DNA of 64,000 nt, from contig JANRKS010000040.1 of assembly GCA_033763315.1 (NCBI GenBank), forward strand, positions 128,001-192,000, in the 5' to 3' direction. Every line of letters begins with the position of its first letter. Within the stretch, counting starts at the first letter, position 1. Below are positions 37,381 through 47,492 of the stretch, piece by piece. Both the position numbers and the translations under genes were made by a program. The notes beneath the pieces are model-generated. The model saw nothing but the letters and a program-made list of their open reading frames with translations, was not told the DNA's origin and did no database searches. Source of the stretch: Deltaproteobacteria bacterium. GTDB lineage: Bacteria > Myxococcota_A > Polyangia > Fen-1088.

Positions 37381-39903
37381 ATGTCTGCCCTTCGTCGCCT
37401 AATGTTGCAAGCGCTGGCCCTGGCACTGCCCGTTGTGCTTTGTGCACCCACGTTCGGTAAGCCTGCGCCGAATTACAAAGATCCGGCGTTGCCCGCCGAG
37501 GCGCGTGTGGAAGCGCTGCTCTCGCAGCTCACGCTTGATGAAAAGCTGGTGTTGATTTCCGGCAAGGGCTTTGAGACGCGCCCCATCCCACGTTTGGGCA
37601 TTCCCGAGATGGCCATGACCGATGGGCCCAACGGCGTGCGCTGGGGAAAAACCGCAACGGCCTTTCCCGTGGGCATCTCGGCCGCCGCGTCTTTCGATCC
37701 CGAAGCCGTGCAGCAGATGAGCCACGTCATTGCGCAAGAAGCTTTGGGCCGCGGGCGGGCTGTGTTGCTGGCGCCGTGTGTGAACATCAGCCGCGTGCCA
37801 CAAAACGGCCGCAACTATGAGTGTTTTGGCGAGGATCCGTTTTTGTCGGCCCGCACAGCCGTGGCCTACATCAATGGCGTTCAAAGTGCCGGCGCCATCG
37901 CCACCGTCAAACATTTCGCCTGCAACAACCAAGAGCATCGTCGACGCGAGATCGACGTCATCGTATCGAAACGTGCCTTGCACGAGATCTATTTCCCCGC
38001 GTTCGAGGCAGCGGTCAAAGAAGCCAACGTCTATGCCGTGATGGCCGCGTACAACAAAGTCAACGGCCTTTACTCAAGTGAGAACCCCTTCTTGATCGAT
38101 GAGATTTTGAAGAAGCGCTGGGGCTTTCGTGGCTTGGTGATGTCGGATTGGGATGCCGTGCAACACACCCTGCCCGCCGTGAGAACGGCTTTGGATCTCG
38201 AAATGCCGGAAGGCACCTTCACAGGTGAGGCGAAGCTTAAACCCCTGTTGAAATCAGGCGAGATCACAGAGGCACTGATCAACGAAAAGGTGCGGCGCAT
38301 CTTGTGGGTGATGTTTAAGTCGGGTGTATTCGACCACCCGCCGCAACTCAACGAACGCAACGTGGGCAAACCCGAGTACCGCACAGCCGCACTAGCGATG
38401 GCACGGGCGTCTTTGGTGCTGATGAAAAACGAGCGCAACGTGCTGCCCTTGCAGGCGGCGGCAAAGCTCAAGTCGGTGGCCGTGATCGGTCCGGGTGCCG
38501 TGTTCGCACGCTTGGGAGGTGGCGGCAGCGGTGAGGTCCGACCGCTTAGCGCCGTGCGCCCCTTAGATGCACTCACGAAGATGCTTCCTGGTGTGGAAGT
38601 GAAGTATGAAGCGGGCCTCAGCATGGAGGGCGACGTTGAGCCGATCGCCGCCGAGGCGTTCAGCCACCAAGAAGGCAAGGGTATGAAACCCGGTTTGAAG
38701 GCCGAGTACTTCAATAACAAAGAGGTGCAAGGGCAGCCCGTGTTTCAAGACGTGGCAGCGGTCGTCGATTATGACTGGGGCAACGATTCGCCGTCACCGA
38801 AGGTCACGCCCGATTTCTTCTCCGCGCGCTACACGGGCTTTATCACCGCGAAAACAGCGGGGCGTTATCGCTTCTTGGGCTCGGCCAACAATGGCTTTCG
38901 CGTGTTCATCGATGGCAAGCCGTTTTTGAATCTTTGGTCCGGCGAAGAATTCAAAAAGCCCACGGCTGAAATTGACCTTGATACGAACCCTCATGAGATC
39001 CGAATCGAATTTTTCGAGAACAAAGGGCAAGCGCGCGTGCTTTTAGGTTGGTCGCGCATTGAAGGCTCACTCAAGAACGCGGTTGATCTTGCCAAACGTT
39101 CGGACGCCGTGGTCGTGTTCGCCGGCTTCTCGGCGTTTTATGAAACGGAAGCGTCCGATCACGGCCTTGATTTGCCACAGAACCAGATCGATCTCATCAA
39201 AGCGGTGGCCAAGGCCAACAAACGCACCATCGTGGTGCTCAACACCGGATCGCCCGTTTTGATGGAATCCTGGGTGGCGGGTGTGCCCGGCCTGCTTTCA
39301 GCGTGGTACCCCGGCCAAGAAGGTGGCACGGCCATCGCCGAAGTGTTAACGGGCGCCGTTAACCCCTCGGGGCGCTTGCCATTCACTTTCCTTAAAGCGT
39401 GGAAAGACTCGCCCGCGTTTAAAACCTATCCGGAAGTCGGCAACACGGCTCCTTACGATGAAGGCGTGTTTGTTGGCTACCGGCACTACGACGCGAAGAA
39501 ACTGCCCGTGCGCTTTGCATTCGGCCACGGGTTGTCCTACACCAAGTTCATTTACAGCGACCTGCAGATCCAGCCCGTGCAGGGCGATGCCATTGGTTGG
39601 GAGGTTAGCTTTGCTGTAACGAACAAAGGCAAGCAAGCCGGCGCCGAGGTGGCCCAGATGTACATCGGCCAACCCAAGTCGCCCGTGCCCCGCCCTCCGC
39701 GGATCCTGCGTGGTTTTACAAAGCTGCCGTTGGCACCGGGCGAGAGCCGCCGCGTTTCCTTCAAGCTCGCAAGCCGCGATTTGTCCTATTTCGACGAAGC
39801 CAAGGACGATTGGGTGCTGCCTTCGGGCACCTATAAGGTCGAGGTGGGCGCCTCGTCTCGTGATCTACGTCTGTCAGGCACGTTGACTCACAAGGCGCGC
39901 TAA
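37381..39903 (+). CDS. GH3 beta-glucosidase with PA14 insert and Fn3-like C-terminal domain
   Basis: DGPNGVR, GRNYECFGEDP, KHF, nucleophile motif VMSDW, PA14-like GLKAEYF..FSARYTG, FGHGLSYT; signal peptide. Confidence 0.92.
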   Translation: MSALRRLMLQALALALPVVLCAPTFGKPAPNYKDPALPAEARVEALLSQLTLDEKLVLISGKGFETRPIPRLGIPEMAMTDGPNGVRWGKTATAFPVGISAAASFDPEAVQQMSHVIAQEALGRGRAVLLAPCVNISRVPQNGRNYECFGEDPFLSARTAVAYINGVQSAGAIATVKHFACNNQEHRRREIDVIVSKRALHEIYFPAFEAAVKEANVYAVMAAYNKVNGLYSSENPFLIDEILKKRWGFRGLVMSDWDAVQHTLPAVRTALDLEMPEGTFTGEAKLKPLLKSGEITEALINEKVRRILWVMFKSGVFDHPPQLNERNVGKPEYRTAALAMARASLVLMKNERNVLPLQAAAKLKSVAVIGPGAVFARLGGGGSGEVRPLSAVRPLDALTKMLPGVEVKYEAGLSMEGDVEPIAAEAFSHQEGKGMKPGLKAEYFNNKEVQGQPVFQDVAAVVDYDWGNDSPSPKVTPDFFSARYTGFITAKTAGRYRFLGSANNGFRVFIDGKPFLNLWSGEEFKKPTAEIDLDTNPHEIRIEFFENKGQARVLLGWSRIEGSLKNAVDLAKRSDAVVVFAGFSAFYETEASDHGLDLPQNQIDLIKAVAKANKRTIVVLNTGSPVLMESWVAGVPGLLSAWYPGQEGGTAIAEVLTGAVNPSGRLPFTFLKAWKDSPAFKTYPEVGNTAPYDEGVFVGYRHYDAKKLPVRFAFGHGLSYTKFIYSDLQIQPVQGDAIGWEVSFAVTNKGKQAGAEVAQMYIGQPKSPVPRPPRILRGFTKLPLAPGESRRVSFKLASRDLSYFDEAKDDWVLPSGTYKVEVGASSRDLRLSGTLTHKAR

Positions 39904-39931
39904 AATTAAAGCCGCGGTATGATGCGGGCCG

Positions 39932-41875
39932 ATGGCCCTTTTCCAGAAGCCCGCACAAACACCGGAAGAGATCGAGCAGGGCAAGCCGCTTGCCATCACA
40001 CCCGACGAGGTGGAGAAGATGGATGAGGCCGCCTGGTACGCGCAAGTGTACCGTGGTGATGCCTTGCCTCAGCTCACATGGCGTGCGGTGCTGATGGGCA
40101 GCCTGCTGGGCTTTCTGCTGGCGTTCACCAACCTATACATTGGGCTCAAGACCGGTTGGGGATTGGGCGTTGCCATCACGGCCTGCATCTTGGCCTACAG
40201 CTTGTGGAATGGCTTGTTGCGTTTGCGCCTGGCGAAGACGCCCATGTCCATCCTGGAAACCAACTGCATGCAATCCACAGCGTCCGCCGCTGGGTATTCC
40301 ACGGGTTCAAGCATGGTGGCCGCGATCGCCGCGCTGTTGATCATGTCCGCCAGCGCCGAGCGGCCGGGGGGGCAGCATCTGCCGTGGCCAATCCTTTCAG
40401 CATGGACGTTCTTCTTGGCCATGTTGGGCGTGTGCATGGCGATCCCCATGAAGCGCGCCATGATCAATCGTGAACGTTTGCGTTTTCCTTCGGGTCTCGC
40501 TTCAGCCACCACGCTGCAATCGCTTTATAGCCACGGCGGCGATGCGGTCACCAAAGCGCGCGCGTTGTTTGCGGCCGCGTTCGTGGCTGCCACCACCCCG
40601 TTGTTGATGGATCTAAAGTTGGTGGGCCAAGGCAAAGATCGCCACCCGTGGCTGCCTGACTCGTCGCCAATCTTTGATCGCTGGCTGCCCGTGCTCGGTC
40701 GCAGCAAGGCGGGTGAAGCGCTCAAAGCCAGCGACTGGACGTTCGCCTTAGATCATAAGCTGGTCATGATCGCCGCTGGCGCGCTGGTGGGCCTGCGCGT
40801 GAGCATCGGCATGTTGATTGGTGCTTTGTTGCTCGCTTATTGGGTGGGCCCCGTGGCACTCGCCGCCGGTGCGATCGATTCACCCGGCGCCGCCTGGCGG
40901 GAAATCGGCATTTGGGTGGGCGCACCCATGATGGTCGCGGCCGGCCTGCTGTCGCTCGCGTTTCAATGGCGCTCGGTGCTTCGTACGTTCTCGCGTAAAA
41001 AAGCGGTGGCGCCAAGCGCCGTGCAGCCTCACGCGGAGGTCCCGCAAAGTTGGTTCGTGTGGGGTGTATTTATTTCGGGCGTGGCGATTGTTTGGCTGTC
41101 GCACCAATACTTCTTTGTGCCCTGGTATTTGGGCATCGTGGCCGTGGCCATGACCTATTTCCTTTCGTTGGTCGCGTGCCGCGTGACAGGCGAATCAGAC
41201 ATCACCCCCATCGGCGCCATGGGCAAACTCACGCAATTAACATACGGCGTGCTGATTCCTCAAAGCGCCACCGCCAATCTGATGACCGCCGGCGTAACGT
41301 CCAGCGCCGCCGCCTCCGCCGCTGATCTTCTCACCGATCTCAAATCGGGGTATCTGTTGGGTGCGGATCCACGACGGCAATTCTTGGCGCAGTTTTTCGG
41401 CGTTTTCTCGGGCACCATCGCCACGGTCGTCGGCTTTTACCTGTTGGTGCCAGACGCCACAGCGCTCACAGGCACGCCCGGCCACACGGCGGAGTTCCCC
41501 GCACCGGCGGCGCAATCGTGGCTGGCCGTGGCCCGCGTGTTTCAAGAAGGCATCGACACGCTTTCACCCACAGCACGCGCATGCATGTTCTACAGCCTGA
41601 TCGTGGGCGTGGTGTTGGCCCTCGTGGAAAAGTACGCGCCACCCAAGCTCACAAGGTTCATCCCTTCATCCACGGGGATAGGCCTCGGCTTCATCTTGCC
41701 TTTTCAATACCCGCTGTCGATGTTGATTGGCGCGATCATTGCGGCCGTGTGGCAGCGCCGCCACAAGGCCAGCGCCGAAAGATTGATCGTGCCGTTGTCA
41801 TCCGGCGTGGTCGCAGGCGAATCCATCATGGGTGTGTTGGTGGCGGCCGTGAATAACTTCTTCTTGGGGCGCTAG
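39932..41875 (+). CDS. OPT family oligopeptide transporter
   Basis: QLTWRA, NLYIGLKTG, ETNCMQSTASAAG, LRFPSG, GESDITP, DLKSGYLLGA, GVVAGES; many TM helices. Confidence 0.88.
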   Translation: MALFQKPAQTPEEIEQGKPLAITPDEVEKMDEAAWYAQVYRGDALPQLTWRAVLMGSLLGFLLAFTNLYIGLKTGWGLGVAITACILAYSLWNGLLRLRLAKTPMSILETNCMQSTASAAGYSTGSSMVAAIAALLIMSASAERPGGQHLPWPILSAWTFFLAMLGVCMAIPMKRAMINRERLRFPSGLASATTLQSLYSHGGDAVTKARALFAAAFVAATTPLLMDLKLVGQGKDRHPWLPDSSPIFDRWLPVLGRSKAGEALKASDWTFALDHKLVMIAAGALVGLRVSIGMLIGALLLAYWVGPVALAAGAIDSPGAAWREIGIWVGAPMMVAAGLLSLAFQWRSVLRTFSRKKAVAPSAVQPHAEVPQSWFVWGVFISGVAIVWLSHQYFFVPWYLGIVAVAMTYFLSLVACRVTGESDITPIGAMGKLTQLTYGVLIPQSATANLMTAGVTSSAAASAADLLTDLKSGYLLGADPRRQFLAQFFGVFSGTIATVVGFYLLVPDATALTGTPGHTAEFPAPAAQSWLAVARVFQEGIDTLSPTARACMFYSLIVGVVLALVEKYAPPKLTRFIPSSTGIGLGFILPFQYPLSMLIGAIIAAVWQRRHKASAERLIVPLSSGVVAGESIMGVLVAAVNNFFLGR

Positions 41876-41877
41876 GC

Positions 41878-44859
41878 ATGCGCCTCTTCCGCCGGCTGGT
41901 GTTCGTTTGTGCGCTTGCAAGCACCACGTCACTGGCACAGGCGGGGCCACAAGAATGGCATACGCTTGATCTGGACCTGCAGTACCGCATCAACGTTCAC
42001 CGCACGTTGGGTTTCGTCAGAGGCATCGCGCAGACCCCCGACGGCTATTTGTGGTTCGGCACAAGCTTCGGCGTGGCTCGCTATGATGGCGTTCGCTTCG
42101 CCTTCTTTGAAAGCGCCAACACTCCTGAGATCAAAGATGATCACGTCCAATCGCTGATCTCGGATGGCCAGGGCGGCCTGTGGATCGGCACTCAAACAGG
42201 TGGCATCGTTCAATTTAAAGACGGGCGCTTTCACACGGTGCCGATCGACGGCATTCCAAACGATGCGGATCTGAACAGCGTGGATCTAGATGATCAGGGC
42301 ACGTTGTGGGTGGGCACGCGGCGCTTTGGGCTGCTGAAGTACCGCGATGGAACGTGGGGCCGTGTGCCGGAGTTGGGTATCGCTGTGAACCGGTCGGTGC
42401 GCGGTTACGGCAACGCGCTTTTGTTTGCGATTGACGATCATTGGTGGCGTGTAAAGGACGGGCAGATAACGAAAGTGCAAGACGTTCGTCCCACGGGGAG
42501 CGCTTACGAAAACACCCCGTTCCTGCTGCGTGAAGTGTTGCCGCCCAGCACCGCATGGGATTCACCGCTGTTTGACCCCATACGCGACGCACACCTGCAA
42601 GCGTCCTCGGTGGCTGATGACGGAACTGTGTGGCTGGGGGTGGGCGGTCTGACCCGCATCGCGAACGGGACCCGGCGCACCTTCCGCGTAAGCGATGGCG
42701 TGGCTAGCGAAAACGTCCTGACAATCTATCAAGACAGCGAAAGCAACGTGTGGGCGGGCCACTATGGCACGGGCCTCACCCAGATGACGCGGGTGCCATT
42801 CTTTAATTTTTCGATGCGTGAGGGCTTTGGTGGCGGAGCCGCTTTTTCCTTGGCACAAACGCGCGCCGGCACGATTTGGATCTCGCAATCGAGTGGCCTC
42901 ACCGAGGTGCAGGGGCAGAAGTTTCGCAACTGGTCCACCGACGATCAATTTCCGGCATGGGCGGTGCGCACGTTGGTGGTGGCACCTGATGATTCGCTAT
43001 GGATGCTTATGCTGGATCAGGGCATCGGTCATTTCGTCGACGGAAAAATCACCACGTATGCCCTGCCGCAGACGCCAAAGACCAATGCAATCACGGCCCT
43101 GACCGTCACGCGCGCCAACGAGGTTTGGGGGGCCATGGGCAGGGGTGGGTTGGTCAAACTTGTTGATGACAAACTCATTGAAGTGGCGGTTCCTGAGCTT
43201 GGAACGCCCGGCTGCAACGGGCCATCATCTGTGGAGTTTCCGTGTGAGCAGTCAGTCAACAGCTTGGTGGAGGCCAACGACGGCGGCTTCTGGATGGGCA
43301 CCACGGGACGCGGCTTGTGGAAGCGCGACAAGCAAGGGCGCAGTGTGGCGGTGCAGCCCGAACAGGTTGGCAACGCCCTGGTTTACGACGTGCTCGAAGA
43401 AGGCAACGGCGCACTTTGGGTGGGAACCGATCGCGGCCTATTCTTGATTCGCGATGGCCGGGCCACCGCGTTCACCCGTAAAGAGGGGCTGGCATCCGAC
43501 GGTACGTTCTCTATTCTTGACGACGCCCACGGGCGCTTGTGGTTATGCAGTGAACGTGGCGTTGCCAGCGTCAGGCGCGAAGAGTTCGAGGCTGTGGTCG
43601 CAGGGCAGGCCCAACGTGTGGATCCCGTGATTTTTCGTGCTTTGGATGGACTTCCCAGCGACGAAATGATTCGCCGGTTTGAACGCAGTGCCTTGCGCGC
43701 GCAAGATGGCCGCCTGTGGTTCGCCGCCGTGGCAGGCGTGGCCGTGTTTCAGCCGCCCGAAAAAGTTTCGGTGCCGCCTCCCCCCGTGGCACGCATTGAA
43801 CGCGTGGTGCTCAAACGCAAGCAGTTCACACCACCTTTCCCCGAAGCGGAGGTGGAAGTGGCGCCAGGGCAAGGCGATTTGGAATTTCAATACACGGCGC
43901 CCGCCTTCGGCGCGCCTCACCGGCTGCGCTTTCGCTACAAGCTTGAAGGCTTCGATCGGGACTGGGTGCGCGCGGCTGAACGTCGGTCTGCCTTTTACAC
44001 AAACATCCCTCCCGGTCGTTACACCTTCAAGGTGGTGGCCGAAAGGCCGGAATCAAGCGCTTCGACCGTGACCGCGTCCTTCGCGTTCACGTTGAGGCCG
44101 ACGTTCTTTGAAACGTTTTGGTTCTACTTGGCTTTGGGGGGGGCCTTGCTGCTTTTGGCGGTGCTCGTGCAGCGTTTGCGCATCCGCGCGGTGCAGGCAA
44201 AGTTTCAAGCGGTGCTGGATGAGCGCAACCGCATCGCGCGCGACCTACACGACACGTTGGCGCAGGTGTTCTCGGCGATCGGATTTCAGATCGATTCGGT
44301 GATTGGGTTGGTGGCCCAAGGCCAGGCGCTTCCCAAGGATCGCCTCAAGCGCGTGCGGCAGATGGTGGCACACGCGCGCCTTGCGGCCCGCAATGTGGTT
44401 TGGAACCTACGCCAAAGCGAAGGTGACGAATCCTCCATCCGTTCGCTGATCTCAAAGCTGGAGGCCATTCCTCCGCTTTACGATTCCGTCCGCATCGTCG
44501 TCAGCTCGCCCGACATGCAAAGGTTTCTACCCGCCGCGGTTGAGAACGAGCTGTTTCACATCGCCCAAGAGGCGGTTAGCAACGCGGTGGAACATGGCAA
44601 GGCCGGCCTCATCTCGATCGAGCTTGAGATCGCGAACGACGAATTGGAACTTCTGATCCACGACAATGGCGTGGGCTTCGAGCCGCGCCCGCCCGAACAA
44701 GCCGATGAGCCGCGTTTCGGTTTGCGAGGCATGCGTGAGCGAGCGTCCCGCATTGGCGCGCAGATGACCATGCACACCGAACCCGACGTTGGCACGGAAG
44801 TGAGCGTCAAAGTGAAGTTGGGGCAAAGCCACGCGCCGCCCGACAGCGCCGCGTCTTAA
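41878..44859 (+). CDS. Sensor histidine kinase: beta-propeller (Reg_prop), Y_Y_Y, HisKA_3, HATPase
   Basis: Repeated D..G.LW.GT blades, FRYKLEGFD..W..A.YTN.PPG.Y.F, TM helix, H-box ERNRIARDLHDTLAQ, QEAVSNA, DNGVGF, GLRGMRERA. Confidence 0.9.
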   Translation: MRLFRRLVFVCALASTTSLAQAGPQEWHTLDLDLQYRINVHRTLGFVRGIAQTPDGYLWFGTSFGVARYDGVRFAFFESANTPEIKDDHVQSLISDGQGGLWIGTQTGGIVQFKDGRFHTVPIDGIPNDADLNSVDLDDQGTLWVGTRRFGLLKYRDGTWGRVPELGIAVNRSVRGYGNALLFAIDDHWWRVKDGQITKVQDVRPTGSAYENTPFLLREVLPPSTAWDSPLFDPIRDAHLQASSVADDGTVWLGVGGLTRIANGTRRTFRVSDGVASENVLTIYQDSESNVWAGHYGTGLTQMTRVPFFNFSMREGFGGGAAFSLAQTRAGTIWISQSSGLTEVQGQKFRNWSTDDQFPAWAVRTLVVAPDDSLWMLMLDQGIGHFVDGKITTYALPQTPKTNAITALTVTRANEVWGAMGRGGLVKLVDDKLIEVAVPELGTPGCNGPSSVEFPCEQSVNSLVEANDGGFWMGTTGRGLWKRDKQGRSVAVQPEQVGNALVYDVLEEGNGALWVGTDRGLFLIRDGRATAFTRKEGLASDGTFSILDDAHGRLWLCSERGVASVRREEFEAVVAGQAQRVDPVIFRALDGLPSDEMIRRFERSALRAQDGRLWFAAVAGVAVFQPPEKVSVPPPPVARIERVVLKRKQFTPPFPEAEVEVAPGQGDLEFQYTAPAFGAPHRLRFRYKLEGFDRDWVRAAERRSAFYTNIPPGRYTFKVVAERPESSASTVTASFAFTLRPTFFETFWFYLALGGALLLLAVLVQRLRIRAVQAKFQAVLDERNRIARDLHDTLAQVFSAIGFQIDSVIGLVAQGQALPKDRLKRVRQMVAHARLAARNVVWNLRQSEGDESSIRSLISKLEAIPPLYDSVRIVVSSPDMQRFLPAAVENELFHIAQEAVSNAVEHGKAGLISIELEIANDELELLIHDNGVGFEPRPPEQADEPRFGLRGMRERASRIGAQMTMHTEPDVGTEVSVKVKLGQSHAPPDSAAS

Positions 44860-45353
44860 CGCTTCGCCACCGTTTCGCAGCGCCCGGCTTTGCAAACGGC
44901 GATCTTGGTCATACACGGATCAGCAAGACACCGCACCCCAGGGCCCGTGCACGGCGGCAGCTCCTGCTTGGGCCCCAGGGCGCGGCAGTCGCAACCCGTG
45001 CAGTAATCGGCGGTGGCGCGGCAGTCGGCATCCGTCTTACACACGCCTGCGGCGTCGTTGGCAGGCTCGGGCTCGCAGAACTGCTGCGTACAAACCCCGC
45101 CCGGCGCCGTGCAAATGCCACAGCTTTGGTTGCAGCACACTTCATTGGCGGCGCACTTGACCGGTCCACAAGGCTCGCCCCCCGCTGCCGGGGCTTCGTC
45201 CATTTGACCAGCGGCCGATCCGTTGTTGGCCGAACCTTGGTTGATCGTGTGGGCGTCTTGTGCGGGCGGCTGTTGCGGCGCCTGCCGGTTGCACGCCGCC
45301 AGACCAACCCCCAACACCACCCACAGAAGTCCCTTTGCAACCACGCTTGTCAT
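44856..45353 (-). CDS. Small Cys-rich lipoprotein
   Basis: Lipobox LAAC; two Cys clusters of 8 and 10 Cys. Confidence 0.7.
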   Translation of the reverse strand: MTSVVAKGLLWVVLGVGLAACNRQAPQQPPAQDAHTINQGSANNGSAAGQMDEAPAAGGEPCGPVKCAANEVCCNQSCGICTAPGGVCTQQFCEPEPANDAAGVCKTDADCRATADYCTGCDCRALGPKQELPPCTGPGVRCLADPCMTKIAVCKAGRCETVAKR

Positions 45354-45394
45354 GGCAGACAGTCTACACAGAAGCGCGCCGCAGCGCCGGTGCC

Positions 45395-46639
45395 CTAGTG
45401 GCCGCGGCGGATCTCAGGCGGGTGAAAGCGTATCAAGAAGCTGTGCACTTCATTTTCGGCGCACGTGATGCGCCCGGTTTCTGGTTCAAACAGCTTCGGC
45501 ACAAACTGGCGCTGCCGCTCATGCGTCACCCGGTAACCGCGCTCTGACAAAGCGTCGATCGTCATGTCGATGGCCATGGGATCTGTGAACACGGCGTTCT
45601 CCGTTTTGATGTGCGCCCGGCCCGCGAGCGCGTGCCTGCGGATGGCGGGCACAAATTCGGATTCAATCACCGCCACCGTGCGGCGAAACAGCTCGGCGTG
45701 CCTGTGCTCATAGTTATCCAAACGGCGCACCAGCTCTTGGCGCGCGTGCACAATGACTTCAGAGGCCACCGGCAGATGGTGAATGATGTCGTAGGTGCCA
45801 TGCCCGAGCTCCAGCGAGCTCTGGTACTGGAACTCATTGATGATGTTCGCTTCCACTTCATCAAGGGGCGCCTGCGCGTTGATGAAGTGGTAGTGGAAGT
45901 GCTTGCGGAGGCTCGTGAGCGCCTCATAGGTCTGGTCTTTGAACGTTCGGTATCGGTTGCGCGCCAGCTCCTCGTCCACATCCGTCGGGCGCAGCTCGAT
46001 CGGGCGACCAAGGCCGGTCTTCTTGACCTTCTGGTTGTGCTTTTCGATCTCTACGCCCCGCTGCAGTTGACGTTCCACTGACGTTTGTTCATCAACGAAC
46101 AGCACCGTGATGCGAAACAGGGGGCGGCGGAACTCCGGGCCTATCGGGGTGCGATAAAATTCGGCGCGCAGATCCAGCATACGGTCATGCAGCAACTTTA
46201 CGGCTTCCACCTGCATTTTGGTGCGCGGGAAACCATCCACCACGACGCCGCTTTCGTATTCGGACTTAAGGAGCTGGCGCAGGAGAACTTCGATGACTTC
46301 GCGATCGCCCACCAGTTTTCCCTGGTCCTTGAGGGCCTGCATCTCCGCGGTGTCTAGGAGGTCGCTCATCACGATCGGTGGCGCCGTGAGGCTGCGCTCC
46401 CGCATGATAAATGGCGTGTTCGTTCCCTTACCCGCACCGGGCGCCCCGCCCAGCCACATGATTTCTTTCGGAAACCGAAGGTTGGCGCGGCCGAAATCCT
46501 GCTCCAGGCGCCGCCACACCTGACCAAAGATCAGTGGTGCGTCTTTGATTTCAAGTTCGTTGTTCGGAACCAGCGAAGCGTCGCTGTCGCCGGGGTTTTG
46601 CACGGGAATTGACACGCGCAACAGTATGCGGGGTATCAC
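45395..46639 (-). CDS. Long adenylate-kinase-like nucleoside monophosphate kinase
   Basis: P-loop LGGAPGAGKGT, GKLVGD, VVDGFPRT..Q; long C-terminal extension. Start uncertain (possibly GTG 46603). Confidence 0.8.
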   Translation of the reverse strand: MIPRILLRVSIPVQNPGDSDASLVPNNELEIKDAPLIFGQVWRRLEQDFGRANLRFPKEIMWLGGAPGAGKGTNTPFIMRERSLTAPPIVMSDLLDTAEMQALKDQGKLVGDREVIEVLLRQLLKSEYESGVVVDGFPRTKMQVEAVKLLHDRMLDLRAEFYRTPIGPEFRRPLFRITVLFVDEQTSVERQLQRGVEIEKHNQKVKKTGLGRPIELRPTDVDEELARNRYRTFKDQTYEALTSLRKHFHYHFINAQAPLDEVEANIINEFQYQSSLELGHGTYDIIHHLPVASEVIVHARQELVRRLDNYEHRHAELFRRTVAVIESEFVPAIRRHALAGRAHIKTENAVFTDPMAIDMTIDALSERGYRVTHERQRQFVPKLFEPETGRITCAENEVHSFLIRFHPPEIRRGH

Positions 46640-46693
46640 GACACACGGCTAGGGCCCAGGCGTGCTGTTGCGGAACCTGAGGCGCCAAAACCC

Positions 46694-46738
46694 AAAGAAA
46701 AAAGGCCGCGCCATCCCCCAAGAGGGCGAGCGCAGCCT
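46694..46738 (-). terminator. Rho-independent terminator downstream of the HU gene
   Basis: On the minus strand, stem AGGCTGCGC...GCGCGGCCT followed by TTTTTCTTT. Confidence 0.6.
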
Positions 46739-46796
46739 GATTCCTGACTTTCACGAGCCGCCGTTGGATTGCGCCAACCGCGAGATCGAACGGTGC

Positions 46797-47144
46797 TTAA
46801 ACCGCGTCTTTGGCGGCCTTCACAGGACGCGCCTTGATCACCTTGCGAGCGGGCTTCGCTTTGAAGACCGTTGGTTCGCCGGTGAATGGGTTGATGCCCT
46901 TGCGAGCCTTCGTTGCGGGCTTCTTGACCACGGTCAAACGGACCAAGCCGGGAACCACGAACAACGAATTCTTCTTGAGCTCTTTGTAGCCGAGGTCGGC
47001 AAGAGCTTCAACGACGCCCTTTACGTCCTTGCGGGCCAGTTCGCTGGAATCAGCGATCGCCTGGATCAAACCGCTCTTTGAAAGGGGGCCTCCGCTGGCC
47101 TTCTCTTTAACAACTTTTGCTTTTTTCGCTTTTTTTGCAGCCAT
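46797..47144 (-). CDS. HU family DNA-binding protein with Lys/Ala-rich N-terminal extension
   Basis: RBS AAGGAGA; LSKSGLIQAIA, KARKGINPFTGE..KAKPA. Confidence 0.9.
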   Translation of the reverse strand: MAAKKAKKAKVVKEKASGGPLSKSGLIQAIADSSELARKDVKGVVEALADLGYKELKKNSLFVVPGLVRLTVVKKPATKARKGINPFTGEPTVFKAKPARKVIKARPVKAAKDAV

Positions 47145-47492
47145 AAAACGTCTCCTTGTTCGGAACGACTTGGGCATTGAAACAGCACTTTGGTGACTTC
47201 GACAATAGAAATTGTTGAAATTGTCGGTAGTTTTGCGTTTTTTTCTAAGAGCACCACATGTGTGATGCCTGGTTTTGCGGACAAACAGCAGCAGCGGCGC
47301 AAGCGTTCGCGGCAACGACCCCGCGGGCCGCCCAGGCAGAGATCAGCGATTTTATCGGTAAATAGCCTGTAATTCGCCATCTCGGTGCGCATCGTCACCG
47401 GGCCGATGCCATCGCTTGCAAGGTTGCCTGAACTTGATTGACGCTTGGACAAGCATCAGGCAAACGTTGTTGGACCCATCGGAGGATCCCCT

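Noticed and set aside
47145-47440. AT-rich intergenic region upstream of HU as foreign DNA or ncRNA
   Set aside because: Consistent with an ordinary divergent promoter region; no mobile-element ends or recognisable RNA structure.
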